A stretch of DNA of 64,000 nucleotides from Octopus bimaculoides (taxonomy: Eukaryota), in the NCBI RefSeq assembly GCF_001194135.2, contig NC_068988.1, positions 27,851,782-27,915,781 of the forward strand, read 5' to 3'. The notes under the pieces are model-generated. The model saw nothing but the letters and a program-made list of their open reading frames with translations. It was not told the DNA's origin and did no database searches. The position numbers and the translations under genes are program-made. Position 1 is the stretch's first letter. Every line of letters begins with the position of its first letter. Shown piece by piece: positions 52,330 through 64,000 of the stretch.

Positions 52330-54358
52330 GTATTTAGGATGGATCAACCATTATTTTGGGTTTTAGGTAATATGGAATTAAGCATATGTTAATGAATTCC
52401 ATTTTTGTACCATCATAAACCAAACTCAAAATATTATACACTAGTTAACCCTTTTCTATTGAAATACTGATGAATTTAGTAAAATAACATTGTCATTATT
52501 AACCTGAAATTTTGATGATAGGTTTTAAAAGTTTATATCACAGAACCAGAAACAGTCCCAGGTTGGTTGGTAACAAAAAGCTTCCTTTCTGTTTCTCTTC
52601 AATAGTTCTTATATCATACAGTAAAGCCTGTAGAAAACAGGTTTTTTGCCTTTTTTAATCATCCTATTTCTATTTTTAATCTTTTATTACTCTTCAAGAA
52701 GATTGTCAATTCTGGTTTTCTTTTGATGCTATTTTTCATGGATCTCTCCCACCTATTTTTTAAAAATAGTTTTGCTGCTATTTCATTGAATTTTTCTTTT
52801 TAGTAAATCCATTCAACTGAATTACAGATTCAATTATAAATTCTAGTGATTCTCAGCCAGTTTCTATTACTGTTCATTGTTTTATTTCAGTAGCTGTCAG
52901 TCATGTGTGAACTTCTTGGAATACGTGCACTTTGTAGTTTCTGAATGCCTTTTACCATTAAGAATTTTGAGAAGGCAAATCGAAATCAATGTCATTTTCT
53001 AGTTTAGCCTAGTTTAGCTAGCTTCTTGGAAAGAATTGAGAAAATGGTATTTAAGAGGAGAGAATCAATAGATTTCTTCTGACATACTTCAACATTATTC
53101 CATATAAATCTTATAATCATATTTCCTATTATATAAGCTTTAACTAGTTTTTTTATATATATCATCAGCATCACCATCATCATTTTAACTTACACTTTTC
53201 CATGTTTGCATGAATCAGGTGGAGTTGATTGAGGCAGACTTTTTTTACAGGTGGATGTCAAGACATAGACGCAAATGTACACATACCGACAAATACACGC
53301 ACATGCACACACAGCGACACGCGCACACACCGGCACTTGCACACACACACACACACACTCTCTCTCTCTCTGACACACACACACACACACTCTGACGCAC
53401 ACACACACACACACACACACGCATAATCTGACACACACACGCACAATCTGACACACACACACACACACACACACATACTGACACAGTAGATTGACTGACA
53501 ACAATACACATTTTAGCTCCAAACTTATCAAACTGAGTTCTAAGATGGAATCATTACAGAAGAACAAGTTATTTCATTAAGAAATAACCTGTGTTAAGAA
53601 CACAAAAGACAAATTCATGATAGTAATTTTGAGGAATGCAATGGCATAAAGCTGGTTTAGGTGGTTCTTGTGGCTTCATTAAATACTATAACCAACTGAG
53701 AATCTATTTACACAGTATTACTGCCGTCTGGTGTAACATAATACTTATAATATAATTAGTCTAACTCTAAACAACCAGCTTCTCTTATTAGCTTTACACA
53801 ACTAACCTGATATAATTATTACTTTGAGTTCATATTATCTCACATAGTAAGCAGCAGCCTTTTTCTTTGATAACCTCAGTTGCATAGAGAGGGGAGAAAA
53901 GGATACATGGCAAATGACAATCTTCTTTCGAATAGAACCTCATCCAGGCCTGCCTAAAAGAGTTACAGACATGGTCAGCCCTGCTAGGCTCAGGGACACA
54001 GGCATATATCTAATAATATTGAGTACAGTTTCCACATACCAAATTCCTACAAAGTTTTGGTTGACCTCAGCTGTTATGCAAGACATTTGCCCAAGGTCCA
54101 GAGGCATGTAATTTCAAAGCATATTCCTTAACTGCTGTCATTCTCAGACCCCCCCCCCTCCAATGAAAATGTATTACTGACTCTATCATTCTCTAAAGTG
54201 GTGTTTGCTTCTTTTTTTACTCTTTTGTGTTTATAGATGCAAATGTGATTGTGGTTCCAGGTTCAGTTTCACTGCATGACACCTTGGTCAAGTGTCCTCT
54301 ATTATAGTCCTGGACTGGCCAAACAAAGCCTTATCAGGCAGACACTGAAAGAAACCTG

Positions 54359-54431
<73 letters not shown>

Positions 54432-56168
54432 ATGCTTGGCTGGTTGAAACTTCGAAATTGCTGTAAATACTATTCATGTTAAAGAGCAATAAATTTGTAC
54501 TTTACAAAAAGTATTGAGTATTTAATTAGAACTTAACATAAAAATAAACTTTAATGTGTGTCTCATTATCTCTTGACGTTGTATGATTATTGTAAATGAG
54601 TGCAATTAATTAATTAATTTTGCAACATTTTGCAAAATATTTAGCTTCCTTTTTGTTAATAGTTGAGAGTTATGTATATATATTAGAATATTTCTGAAAA
54701 TTATCCAACACTCAAATTTACATTCCTCATTCTGAAACTTGAACTTCAATTCAGCATCTATCACAGAGACATTAGTAAACTTGTAGCTAGGTGGGTCACT
54801 GTGACCTGGTTTAACTTCCTGTTTGGAGTCATTTGACTTACATTGGTAATGTCCTTGGGAATTATATAACATCATTCGTTCTCCCTTTTCTTTGCTCCAA
54901 AACAAAGTCTCAGATTTCATAAAACACAAGACGTAAACAAATACATGATGAAAAGAATAGTTCTGTGAATAAGGTTCATCATACATGATTCTTGGTCATG
55001 AGTTCACATGTTGATGCATATTTTATACTGTGAATCTATGTGAAGAGACACTAGACTCTATTTATCTAGGATCACATGCCTAATTGTATATTCCTTGCTG
55101 TGAGACAATACACAATGTCTGTAGTAAGTTATGACTTGATTATTTGATCAGTAACTAAACATAACCAAAAGTTCAACTTTAGCTTCAAATTCGTTGTCTC
55201 TTCTCATTGAATGAAGTAAATATATTCAAAGATTACTTGTGAAATATATACTTTATGGCATCATCTTGGATTACAAATATATATACAATGAGAGCAGTGC
55301 ATTTTTTCTAGATTGATATTTAGTTGGTTAATTGATGCAGTTGATATTTTGATGTTAAAAAAAATTGTATTTCTTCAATGCCTAGCTTCAGGGGAGGAAT
55401 TCAGAGACCCAGTTTTTGACGAGTCAGTGCTAAAAAAAGAAAAAAATGGAAAATTGAATAATATCGCTTCTCATTTACTTCATTTTTATCTTTGTTATTG
55501 GTGTTAACATCATCGATTATAATGTGTTACGATGTGAAGAAATTGAAAGAGGTTACAAATAAATTAATTGTAATTGGTGCAGGCGTGGTTGTGTGGTTGT
55601 GAAGCTTGCTTTCCAACCACATAGTCTCAGGTTCAGTTCTGCTATAAGATGCCTTGCAGTATTTATTTTGGTTCTTTGTGTTCTGACAGCGATGGCTATG
55701 ACAACAGTGGTACCAAGTAGTATGGGCTCAAGTTGGCAGTTTTCCTTTTGGATAAACATTGTCATGGAGTGGAGGGGAGATTTGCATTCATGGACAGCTG
55801 CCAGTCTTTAGAAAAATCTTGCCCAGGCATTTGTGTGTTGATAGGTAACCAGCTTTGACCAATAGTGACTCTATATTAAAGAAACTTATCCCAGAAGAGA
55901 TAAAGCGGTTGAAAAAGTGGGCAGGCGGGGATCTAGCCGTGAATTAAATACCAGCCGTGATCAACTTTTACTCTTCACTTACTTTGGTCATTGGACAGCA
56001 GCCATGCTGGGACACTGCCTTGAATGGTTTTAGTCAAACAAATCAACTCCAAAAGTTATTTTTTAAAAGTTCGGTACTTATTCTGTCGGTCTCTTTTGAG
56101 GACTGCAAAGTTACAGGGACGTAAACAAACCAACACTGGTTGTCAAGTAGTAGCGACACGCACACGCG

Positions 56169-56209
<41 letters not shown>

Positions 56210-56719
56210 TTGACTTCCATACAATTTCCGTCTACCTAATTCACTCACTAAGTATTGGTCGGTTCATGACTGTATTAAGTGCCGCCCAGTGGTACTGAAC
56301 CTGAAAATACTTGGTTGCAAAGCGCCTCGGCTTTCTTTCCAACCTGATGCATACAGATACGAAAACTCGACAAACTTACACAACCTTTGTTGTACTAACT
56401 TGTAAAGGTACATAACTCTGCATGCTTCATTTAACTTTACTAGTAACAGACTTCTCTTTTGTTCAATCGAGTGGTTGGACATTTAATATGCGATGTAGAT
56501 GTTTAAATTTCCAAGTAAATATGGAAGTATCTTTTTAAAACTGTATTAATAATAAATCGTGCAGAAGCAGTTAGAGCGTTAAGAATTAGTTTTATTATTT
56601 CCTTAAACCCATTTGTTTCTATAAATATCTTAATGGCATTTGGTGCTGAGCCAAAACACACCAAAATAGTTTCTGTGTGTACAACCATACAACCATTAAG
56701 TTTACCGATTCATAACAGA

Positions 56720-57180
56720 TGACAATAGATCTTTTTTAGAGCAGTTCAGAAATAATGTTTTATTTTGCACTGACTGTGCCCTGGGAAGAACATATGGTGG
56801 CTCACATGAGGAAGCTTGCTGAATACCAGGAGCTAGGAGAGCAGTACAAAAACCAGGGCTAGCAGGTACGTTGTGAGGCACTTGAAGTGGGCTGCTATGG
56901 TTTTGTGGGGCATTCATTCTGCAAAGCCCTGATTGATGGAGTTACTGGTGCAGTAAAGTAGAGGACCGTAAATTTCATCATGTAAGCTACCAAGAAGGTC
57001 ACTAAGGTGGATTTGGATAAAGAGAGCAAACCAGTGGCTTGCTGCAACTGGGATGCAACCTAGGATTTGATCAACCACAACTGGGTCAATTGGGCAAGTG
57101 GTTTTTGATGTTGAAAGACCCAAAACCCCATCAGACCCCAGGAACATCACTGATGATACATCCCATCCCTGAAGTGTATC
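56720..57180 (+). mobile_element. Degenerate HERO-clade RLE retrotransposon 3' fragment
   Basis: Translates (with stops and one frameshift) as LTVPWEEHMVAHMRKLAEYQELGEQYKNQG*QVRCEALEVGCYGFVGHSFCKAL...SLRWIWIKRANQW, matching the HERO-type ELTVPWEE...K..KY..L...G....EVGCRGF...W.WIKR pattern; followed by a 3' UTR ending gatgttgaaagaccc...accccagg...cactgatgat. Confidence 0.8.
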
Positions 57181-57245
57181 TTGGTACTTTATAAAAGGAT
57201 GTCTTTGTTACTATTAGTTACAATAAGTAAAATGTGTATTTGTAA

Positions 57246-57464
57246 TCCTTTAGCATTTAATCCAGCCATATCCGGTCCAAATATTCTATCTGTTTTATGT
57301 CAAAACTGACCACATCCAGCCTCTCACACCTACCCTACAGCATCATTCTACAAATATACAAACACACCATTGAAATCTTGAAGCTCTGAAATAATACATG
57401 ATTGGTTCAAAACAATGGGAATAAACAAGCAATACATTTGACGAAGGAATCTGAATGCTAAGGG
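57246..57464. mobile_element. piggyBac-like MITE, uninterrupted copy of the same family
   Basis: tcctttagcattt ... gaatgctaaggg-TTAA; internal homology to 24257-24424. Confidence 0.7.
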
Positions 57465-57918
57465 TTAAAGGCAACTTCATTTTCCTTTTGGCAATGCAAA
57501 GAGTCATAAATAGTTAAATAATTAATGTTCCTGACAAAAATACAATTTTCAACAACCCAGTTTACTTTCTCAGTGCAAGTACCATAAGATTTGCTTCTTT
57601 CTCCATTGTCAGAATTAGGACAGTGTATAAATGATTAATGTTCTATTATCTTTTATTGGTGAACTTGACTCAAAAGCTATGAATATCATGTCTTCTAGTG
57701 TAAGGGAAATAAATTATCTTTGTGGCTTGAAATGAGCTAAAAGTTCTGAAGTTTATTTCAGAATATTGTTTTTGTAAACTTTTATCATGGAAGATTTTTC
57801 AGTTTAAAGAAGACAGAGGAATCACTATTTGATGTTTTAACTATAATAAATGTCAATGTTTACATTTATAAAAGTAACTTTCAATTAATTGTTTTTTTTT
57901 TGTTTTTTTTTTCTGCAG

Positions 57919-58139
57919 GTGCCTTGAGGCGCTGGTGAGACCAGAGCAACCATATCTCCTTACCAATGACATTTCTACTGCCCACTGTGTGGGTATTTTA
58001 GAATGCTTACCAAACTCTGTCAAGCTGGCATCACATGATAAAGGGCAGCTGGGAACCAAAGAATCTGAGCCTGAATTATATGAAACCAACCATGATAAGT
58101 GTTGGATGAATTCTCGAGCTGACGCCAGTGTTATAACAG
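57919..58139 (+). CDS. 221-nt exon encoding (R)CLEALVRPEQPYLLTNDISTAHCVGILECLPNSVKLASHDKGQLGTKESEPELYETNHDKCWMNSRADASVIT(G); protein not recognised
   Basis: Long polypyrimidine tract + ttctgcag acceptor; donor ACAG|GTAACT at 58140; one frame open for 73 codons while the other two stop within 7 codons; higher complexity than flanks. Confidence 0.65.
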
Positions 58140-58366
58140 GTAACTTTGGAATCCTTTCACTGAAATTCTTCTTCAGTACAATCCAAATGTCTCTTAATGC
58201 AGCACTCTGTCACTCTTTTAGTATCTTATTGCTCCATTGTGGTGAAATCTATAGTTTTCTTTGTGAAATTTCACAAATAAATTCTAGCTATTTGCATGTG
58301 AATTTTTAAAGTCATTAAGACAATGGCTTGCAGAGGAGGAAGAGCAAGCACATGGATTTTAAAGTT

Positions 58367-58425
58367 CAGGTGTTCACAATGAACACCTGGATACAGTGAA
58401 CACCTGGATACTGTGAACACAGCTG
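58367..58425. repeat. 10-bp hairpin plus 17-bp tandem repeat
   Basis: CAGGTGTTCA-caa-TGAACACCTG, then TGAACACCTGGATAC(A/T)G x2 and a partial third unit. Confidence 0.9.
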
Positions 58426-58571
58426 ACCTTAGTGAATAATAGAGGATGGAATATTGGAAAAGATATTTGTCAATACTTGATTTTTTATGAACTCCTTTTT
58501 CTGAACCGCCAAGTTACAGAGATGTAAACAAACCAACACCAGTTTTCTAGTGGTGGTCATGGTCGGGGACA

Positions 58572-58613
<42 letters not shown>

Positions 58614-58623
58614 NNNNNNNNNN

Positions 58624-58661
<38 letters not shown>

Positions 58662-59889
58662 TGATGGACTGGCACATGGTATCCATTTACCAAATCCGTC
58701 ACAAAGCTTTAGTCAGCCCAAAGTTATAGCAGAAAACACTTATCCTTTGTGCCATGGAATGGGATTGAGCCCCACACCACATGGCTACAAAGTGAGCTTC
58801 CTAACCACATGGCCATGCCTGGACCCATAAGATAAAAAAATAACCCTTCATAATAAGTTATCTTTTGATAAATCTTCAATATACGTTATGAGAATTTATG
58901 ACAATGCAATGGAATAAGCATAATTTAGTGTTGCATTTCTTTCAAGATTATTCGCTTATAAATTGATCTTAAAGTATTAAGTATAAGATTATAACGAATA
59001 TGTCATTGCTGTTATTCATTGAGTTGAACTATCGTCAAGTATGTTCCAACCATCATCATCCCAGCTTCTCATCTTCTTTCAGACAGTTTATCTAGAGCCA
59101 TAAGTCGTTCATTTTCTAAGGTGGCACAGTTTGATTTCAAAGAGGTTTCTGTTGGGTCAAGAGACTACATTGATTATTCCTTCATCAATTGCAATGATAT
59201 CAAAACTCAACCACACACCTAATCTAAACTGTACCCTAATCTTAATGCAAAATAACAAATAATACACATTATAATAGAACATTCGTCTTAACATGGTTAA
59301 AATACGATCATCTCGCTCAAACAATGGATCAGGGGAGTTAACTTGGACTAGATTAACAAATGATAAATCTTAGTGTAGCAAATCCAAAATTGATTGGTCT
59401 TCTGTCAGTTAACCATTCTTGTATTAGATAATTTGACATTCAAATAATATAACTGCAGGTTTCCTGGAATAATTTTTGGTAGGGTTCACAATTCCCCTAT
59501 CCTAGAATGTTGCATAAATATCTGGTGCTTGGCACCGTGAGCCACCGACATGTTTGACCCAGTTCAGTTGAACATTATCTCACCAATTGAAGAATGTCAG
59601 CAAGAATATACCTTTTATCAGATCTCTCTTTAGTCCCTTACCATTACCACAAAAGTTTTCTTTTTCATATTATTTATCCTTAAGTTGCTCACTGCACCCT
59701 AACAACACAGTAAAACTTTCAGCTGTTTCTTTCCATCTTGCCTCCTTTTCTTGACATCATAGCAAACAACACACCATCTCAGTTTCATTTACATTTCCTT
59801 AAATCTCCCTCATATATCATGCTACTGTGCTATTATTAATTATTCGTTGCTAATAACAAATTATTGTTGTTGTTGTTGTTAATGTTACC

Positions 59890-60070
59890 ATTAAGGTGGT
59901 GAGCTGGCACAATTTCTAGCACTTCAATGGCATTTCATTCGTCTTTAGATTCGACTTTGACTTCGATCTTTTCAGGATTGATAAAATAAGTATTTGTCAA
60001 GTGCTGGGGTCAATATAATTAACTTCCTCCTTCCCTAAAAGACTGTTGACATTGTTCCAAAATTTAGAGC

Positions 60071-60103
<33 letters not shown>

Positions 60104-60320
60104 GGTGGTGAGCTGGCAGAATTATTAGCATACCAGGTAAAATGCTTAGTGACATTTCGTCCATCTTTACATTCTGAGTTCAAATTCCACTGAAGTTGAC
60201 TTTGCCTTTCATCCTTTCCGGGTCGATAAATTAAGTACCAGTGAAACACTGGGTTCAGTGTAATAGATTAGTCCCCTCTCCCCCCAAAGTTCAGGCCTTG
60301 TGCCTTTATCAGAAAGGATT
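59890..60320 (+). mobile_element. Two head-to-tail family A SINEs with (ATT)n spacer
   Basis: Heads at ~59890 and ~60103; the second ends ggccttgtgcctttatcagaaaggattatt. Confidence 0.8.
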
Positions 60321-60350
60321 ATTATTATCATTATTATTATTATTATTATT

Positions 60351-60510
60351 CAGTAGTCTTCTTTTTATCACATGCTTTCACAGCTCTGTGTGCCATGAGT
60401 ATGTGCCGTGGTTTGTCGTGGCGCTCTTATTTTCACTGTATTGAAAGTCTTATACGAAGGATGTGTTATATACACTTAGAAGTCCTGATGTTTTAGTTAT
60501 ATATTTGTCT
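60351..60510 (-). mobile_element. Second, older and internally deleted copy of the same R4/Dong-like 3' end
   Basis: Aligns by eye to 60567-60780 (cagtagt...atgctttcac...agctctgtgtgcc...actgtattgaaagt...ggatgtg...aagtcctg...tatttgtctgaa); same orientation, separated by (ATT)n. Confidence 0.75.
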
Positions 60511-60566
60511 GAAAGTTTTTTTTTTTATTGTTTATTATTATTATAATTATAATTATTATTATTATT

Positions 60567-60940
60567 CAGTAGTTTTATTTTTATAGCATGCTTTCACTTC
60601 ACTGCCGAGCACAGCTCTGTGTGCCTTGGGTATGTGCTGTGGTTTGTTGTGATGCTCTTATGGTTACTGTATTGAAAGTGTTTTGCGTAGGATGTGTGCA
60701 GTGCCCAGTAGTGCAATTTTCTGTATGTTATATATATTTGTAAGTCCTGGTGTTTTTGTTATGTATTTGTCTGAATATTTTTTTATTATACCTAAGGCAC
60801 CTACTATGATAGGAATTGTTTCTGTTTTTAGATTCCACATTCGAGTTACCTCTATTTCCAGGTCTTTGTATTTTGAAAGTTTCTCCATTTCTTTTAGAGA
60901 AACGTTGTCATCTGCTGGTATTGATACATCGATTAGAAAA
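60567..60940 (-). mobile_element. 5'-truncated R4/Dong-like non-LTR retrotransposon: intact C-terminal restriction-like endonuclease + 3' UTR, within (TAA)n
   Basis: Uninterrupted ORF FLIDVSIPADDNVSLKEMEKLSKYKDLEIEVTRMWNLKTETIPIIVGALG...IQKIALLGTAHILRKTLSIQ* (stop 60664-60666) matches the D-x3-P...K..KY..L...MW...P..VGALG...QK..LLGT signature of R4-clade RLE domains; TAA repeats on both flanks. Confidence 0.85.
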
Positions 60941-61727
60941 TTATTATTATTATTATTATTATTATTAGTAGTAGTAGTAGTAGTAGTAGTAGTAAAGTTA
61001 GACAGAAGGTGAGTTGTAGGTTGAAGGAGATGATATTCTCTTTGATCGTTTGTAGAATCACTGTTTGCAGCAAATGCATGGGCAGAGATGGAATTCCAGA
61101 GGCTTAGAATCCCAAAAGAATTTGAGAGCTGGTTAGTATTTCTCTGGAAGGTGAAACAGTGAGTCTAAATGGAGAGAGAGAGGGAGAGCAGGAGTGTAAA
61201 TGGTGTAAATCTAGCTTGCTCTTTAGAGCTGTGAGGGTATTGAAGAGGCAGATGAAGGGAACAGAGTATCTGAAAGCAAAGGGTTGCAGACTGTTGATGA
61301 GTGAATTGATACTAATCTATTGAATAGCCTTCTTTTGAATGTAGTTTCAGTTGTTTGTGTGTACAGCAGATGCACCTGCCTGTAGATATAAACAATTCTT
61401 TTATACTGAATATACAATCTCTTTTAAGGCCACAGAAGACAACTGCATCGTTCTACAAAATTCCATCTCTTATTCAATGGATTTTTTTTTTTTTAGCATA
61501 AATTTGGCTTTTAATTGCTACATTTCTCAAAGATGTAGGTTATATTTTAGTCCGTTATTTAATACAACTTGTTTTTGTTGGACCACGCATAGCGTGGGCT
61601 GAGTGCTTTCTACATGGCGCCAGCACAGGCGAGGTCAGTTTTGGCATGGTTTTTATAGCTGGATGCCCTTCCAAATGCAAGCCACTTGGACTGGATGTAA
61701 CTAATTCTTCAGTACGAGTACAAATTA

Positions 61728-61800
<73 letters not shown>

Positions 61801-61935
61801 AATACATTGTACTATATTTCACTCCCACCACCACCCTTTGGAGTGAAAATAAAATCACTAAAGTTATCCAAAATACTTCCAGATAAATAAATTACCTCCC
61901 CTTGAATGTAAACTCTGTTGTGTGGGTTGATGAGA

Positions 61936-61968
<33 letters not shown>

Positions 61969-62992
61969 TACAAACTACTACCTAACTCTAAATAGATATT
62001 TTCATCATTCTACAAATGTTGCTGGAAGTTTATGATCCTAACCCCCGAGTATCACCTAGATTAGTTTTATATTTTTCATGACAGATTCCTCACTGCTTTG
62101 CTGCTTCTTATCTTTACAATAATGACTGGTGGTAGGTTTTGTGAAACTTTCTTCTTGTTTATTTTCAATTTATTGCACAAGTATTCTTTTTCTCTTTCTT
62201 TTTTGTTCTGATTATTACCTTACATGCATGACTTATGAATATTGCCGCAAGAATAGGGGCTTGTAGTGATTTGATTTATTACGACCTTCTTTTCCATAAC
62301 TACCTTTTGAAATATATTCCAACTTGCTATACACTCACCTTAGCATCTCCTGCTTACATAAACCACCATACTTACATCATAAACATTTTTACATTCTCTC
62401 TTGGGTGTAATGCAGAATAGTGTTTCTTTCCTAAACATAGAACATCTGCAGACTGCACCTAACAGATGGCAGCTAATGTATGTTACATCAAGATAATTTG
62501 AAGGACAGAGAGAACAAAACAAACTAAATAAATATAACTCACTCAGTATATTTATTACTCAAGATTTATAAAATTTTTTCAGTAATTCCATTAAACTTTA
62601 AATTAAAGTTGGGTTTGATTCACAAGTTCACATTTTGCACAAAATTTTAACTGAATCGTTCTTTATTTTGTGAATTATTATCTTATGACAACTTCATTTT
62701 CAGTTGTAATTTGTGTGTGCGTTGTGTGTGTGTGAATGTATATCAGTAGGAGTACCACCTCCAACAAACAGATCAGGAATTCGGGGGCACAAAAAAAAAA
62801 AAATCACAAACTGCACAAATCCAGGGCCAACTCCTCACCTTCAGTCCCAGCAGACCATTAGTGCTTGACCGCCTGACCTGTGGCAGAGCCTTCCAAGCAC
62901 ACATCGGACTGACTGTCCACAGCTGGAGACACTGTGCCCTGTCTTCTTTTCCCCATGTGATGTCCTTAGTCATTGTGGACAATGATGGACAA

Positions 62993-63465
<473 letters not shown>

Positions 63466-64000
63466 ATATATATTTATTTATTCAAAGGATGTGTTGTTTG
63501 TGTGTTTTCATGCATACTTTATCTCTTCCCAAGTGCAATTAGGAGTCAGGTAAGATAGTCTGCAGAATATCTTTCGTTTGTTAACTCAATACTTTATGTA
63601 AATTTAAAGGAAGTACGTGCTAATGCCATCCATGTAGTTATACGTCTGCCACCTTCCAATATAGATTTTGAGTAGAATATACGTTATAAGAATTTATTAT
63701 GAAGGGTTAATTTTTAAAAAAATTCATATCTTATGGGTCCAGGCGTGGCCATGTGATTAAGAAGCTCTTTTTGCAACCATGTGGTGTAGGGCTCAATCCC
63801 ACTCCATGATACACAGGGAGATGGCTCTAGAGGAAGAAATATGAATAACTCAGGTATTTGTAGGACAAGACCTCTTTTACTTGTTTCATCCATTGAACTC
63901 TAACCATACTGGGGCATCACCTTGAAGGGTTTTAGTTGGACAAATTATCCCCAGTACTATGTTGTTTTTTTTTAAAGTTTGGTACTTATTCCATCATTAC

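Noticed and set aside
53190-53567. Cys/Val- and His/Thr-rich ORFs
   Set aside because: Translations of degenerate (CA)n/(TG)n microsatellite.
61200-61235. Minus-strand CTAAAGAGCAAGCTAGATTT resembling a decayed hammerhead
   Set aside because: Multiple core mismatches and no stem I.

Overview
AT-rich eukaryotic genomic DNA from a draft assembly (8 N-gaps), dense in microsatellites and transposon relics. The repeat families suggest a coleoid cephalopod, probably Octopus (inference from memory, not a database search). There is no prokaryotic operon, CRISPR array, rRNA or true tRNA. Almost all ORF-track entries are spurious (N-runs, microsatellites, SINE antisense frames). The window appears to be mostly intron of a large + strand gene of unrecognised product: CpG-rich putative promoter/first exon at ~9.3-9.75 kb, and candidate exons at 30912-31134, 34322-34432, 52298-52329 and 57919-58139. 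A divergent minus-strand transcript is possible. Mobile elements present: several tRNA-derived SINE families, many 5'-truncated RTE LINE ends, bipartite RTE derivatives, R4/Dong-like and HERO-like restriction-like-endonuclease (RLE) retrotransposon fragments, hAT, piggyBac and 8-bp-TSD (Merlin-like) MITEs, and a Helentron-type HINE. The best candidates for something undescribed are: (1) two minimal type I hammerhead ribozyme motifs of the Penelope-like-element kind, one near-intact with a variant CUGUUGA core (44496-44532, minus strand) and one split by a SINE inserted 3 nt after its cleavage site (22864-23218); (2) (ATT)n microsatellites acting as shared landing pads that build head-to-tail SINE and R4/Dong arrays (32.9-34.0 kb, 59.9-61.0 kb); (3) a tail-to-tail inverted SINE pair (21580-22004) that could be an intronic ADAR substrate.
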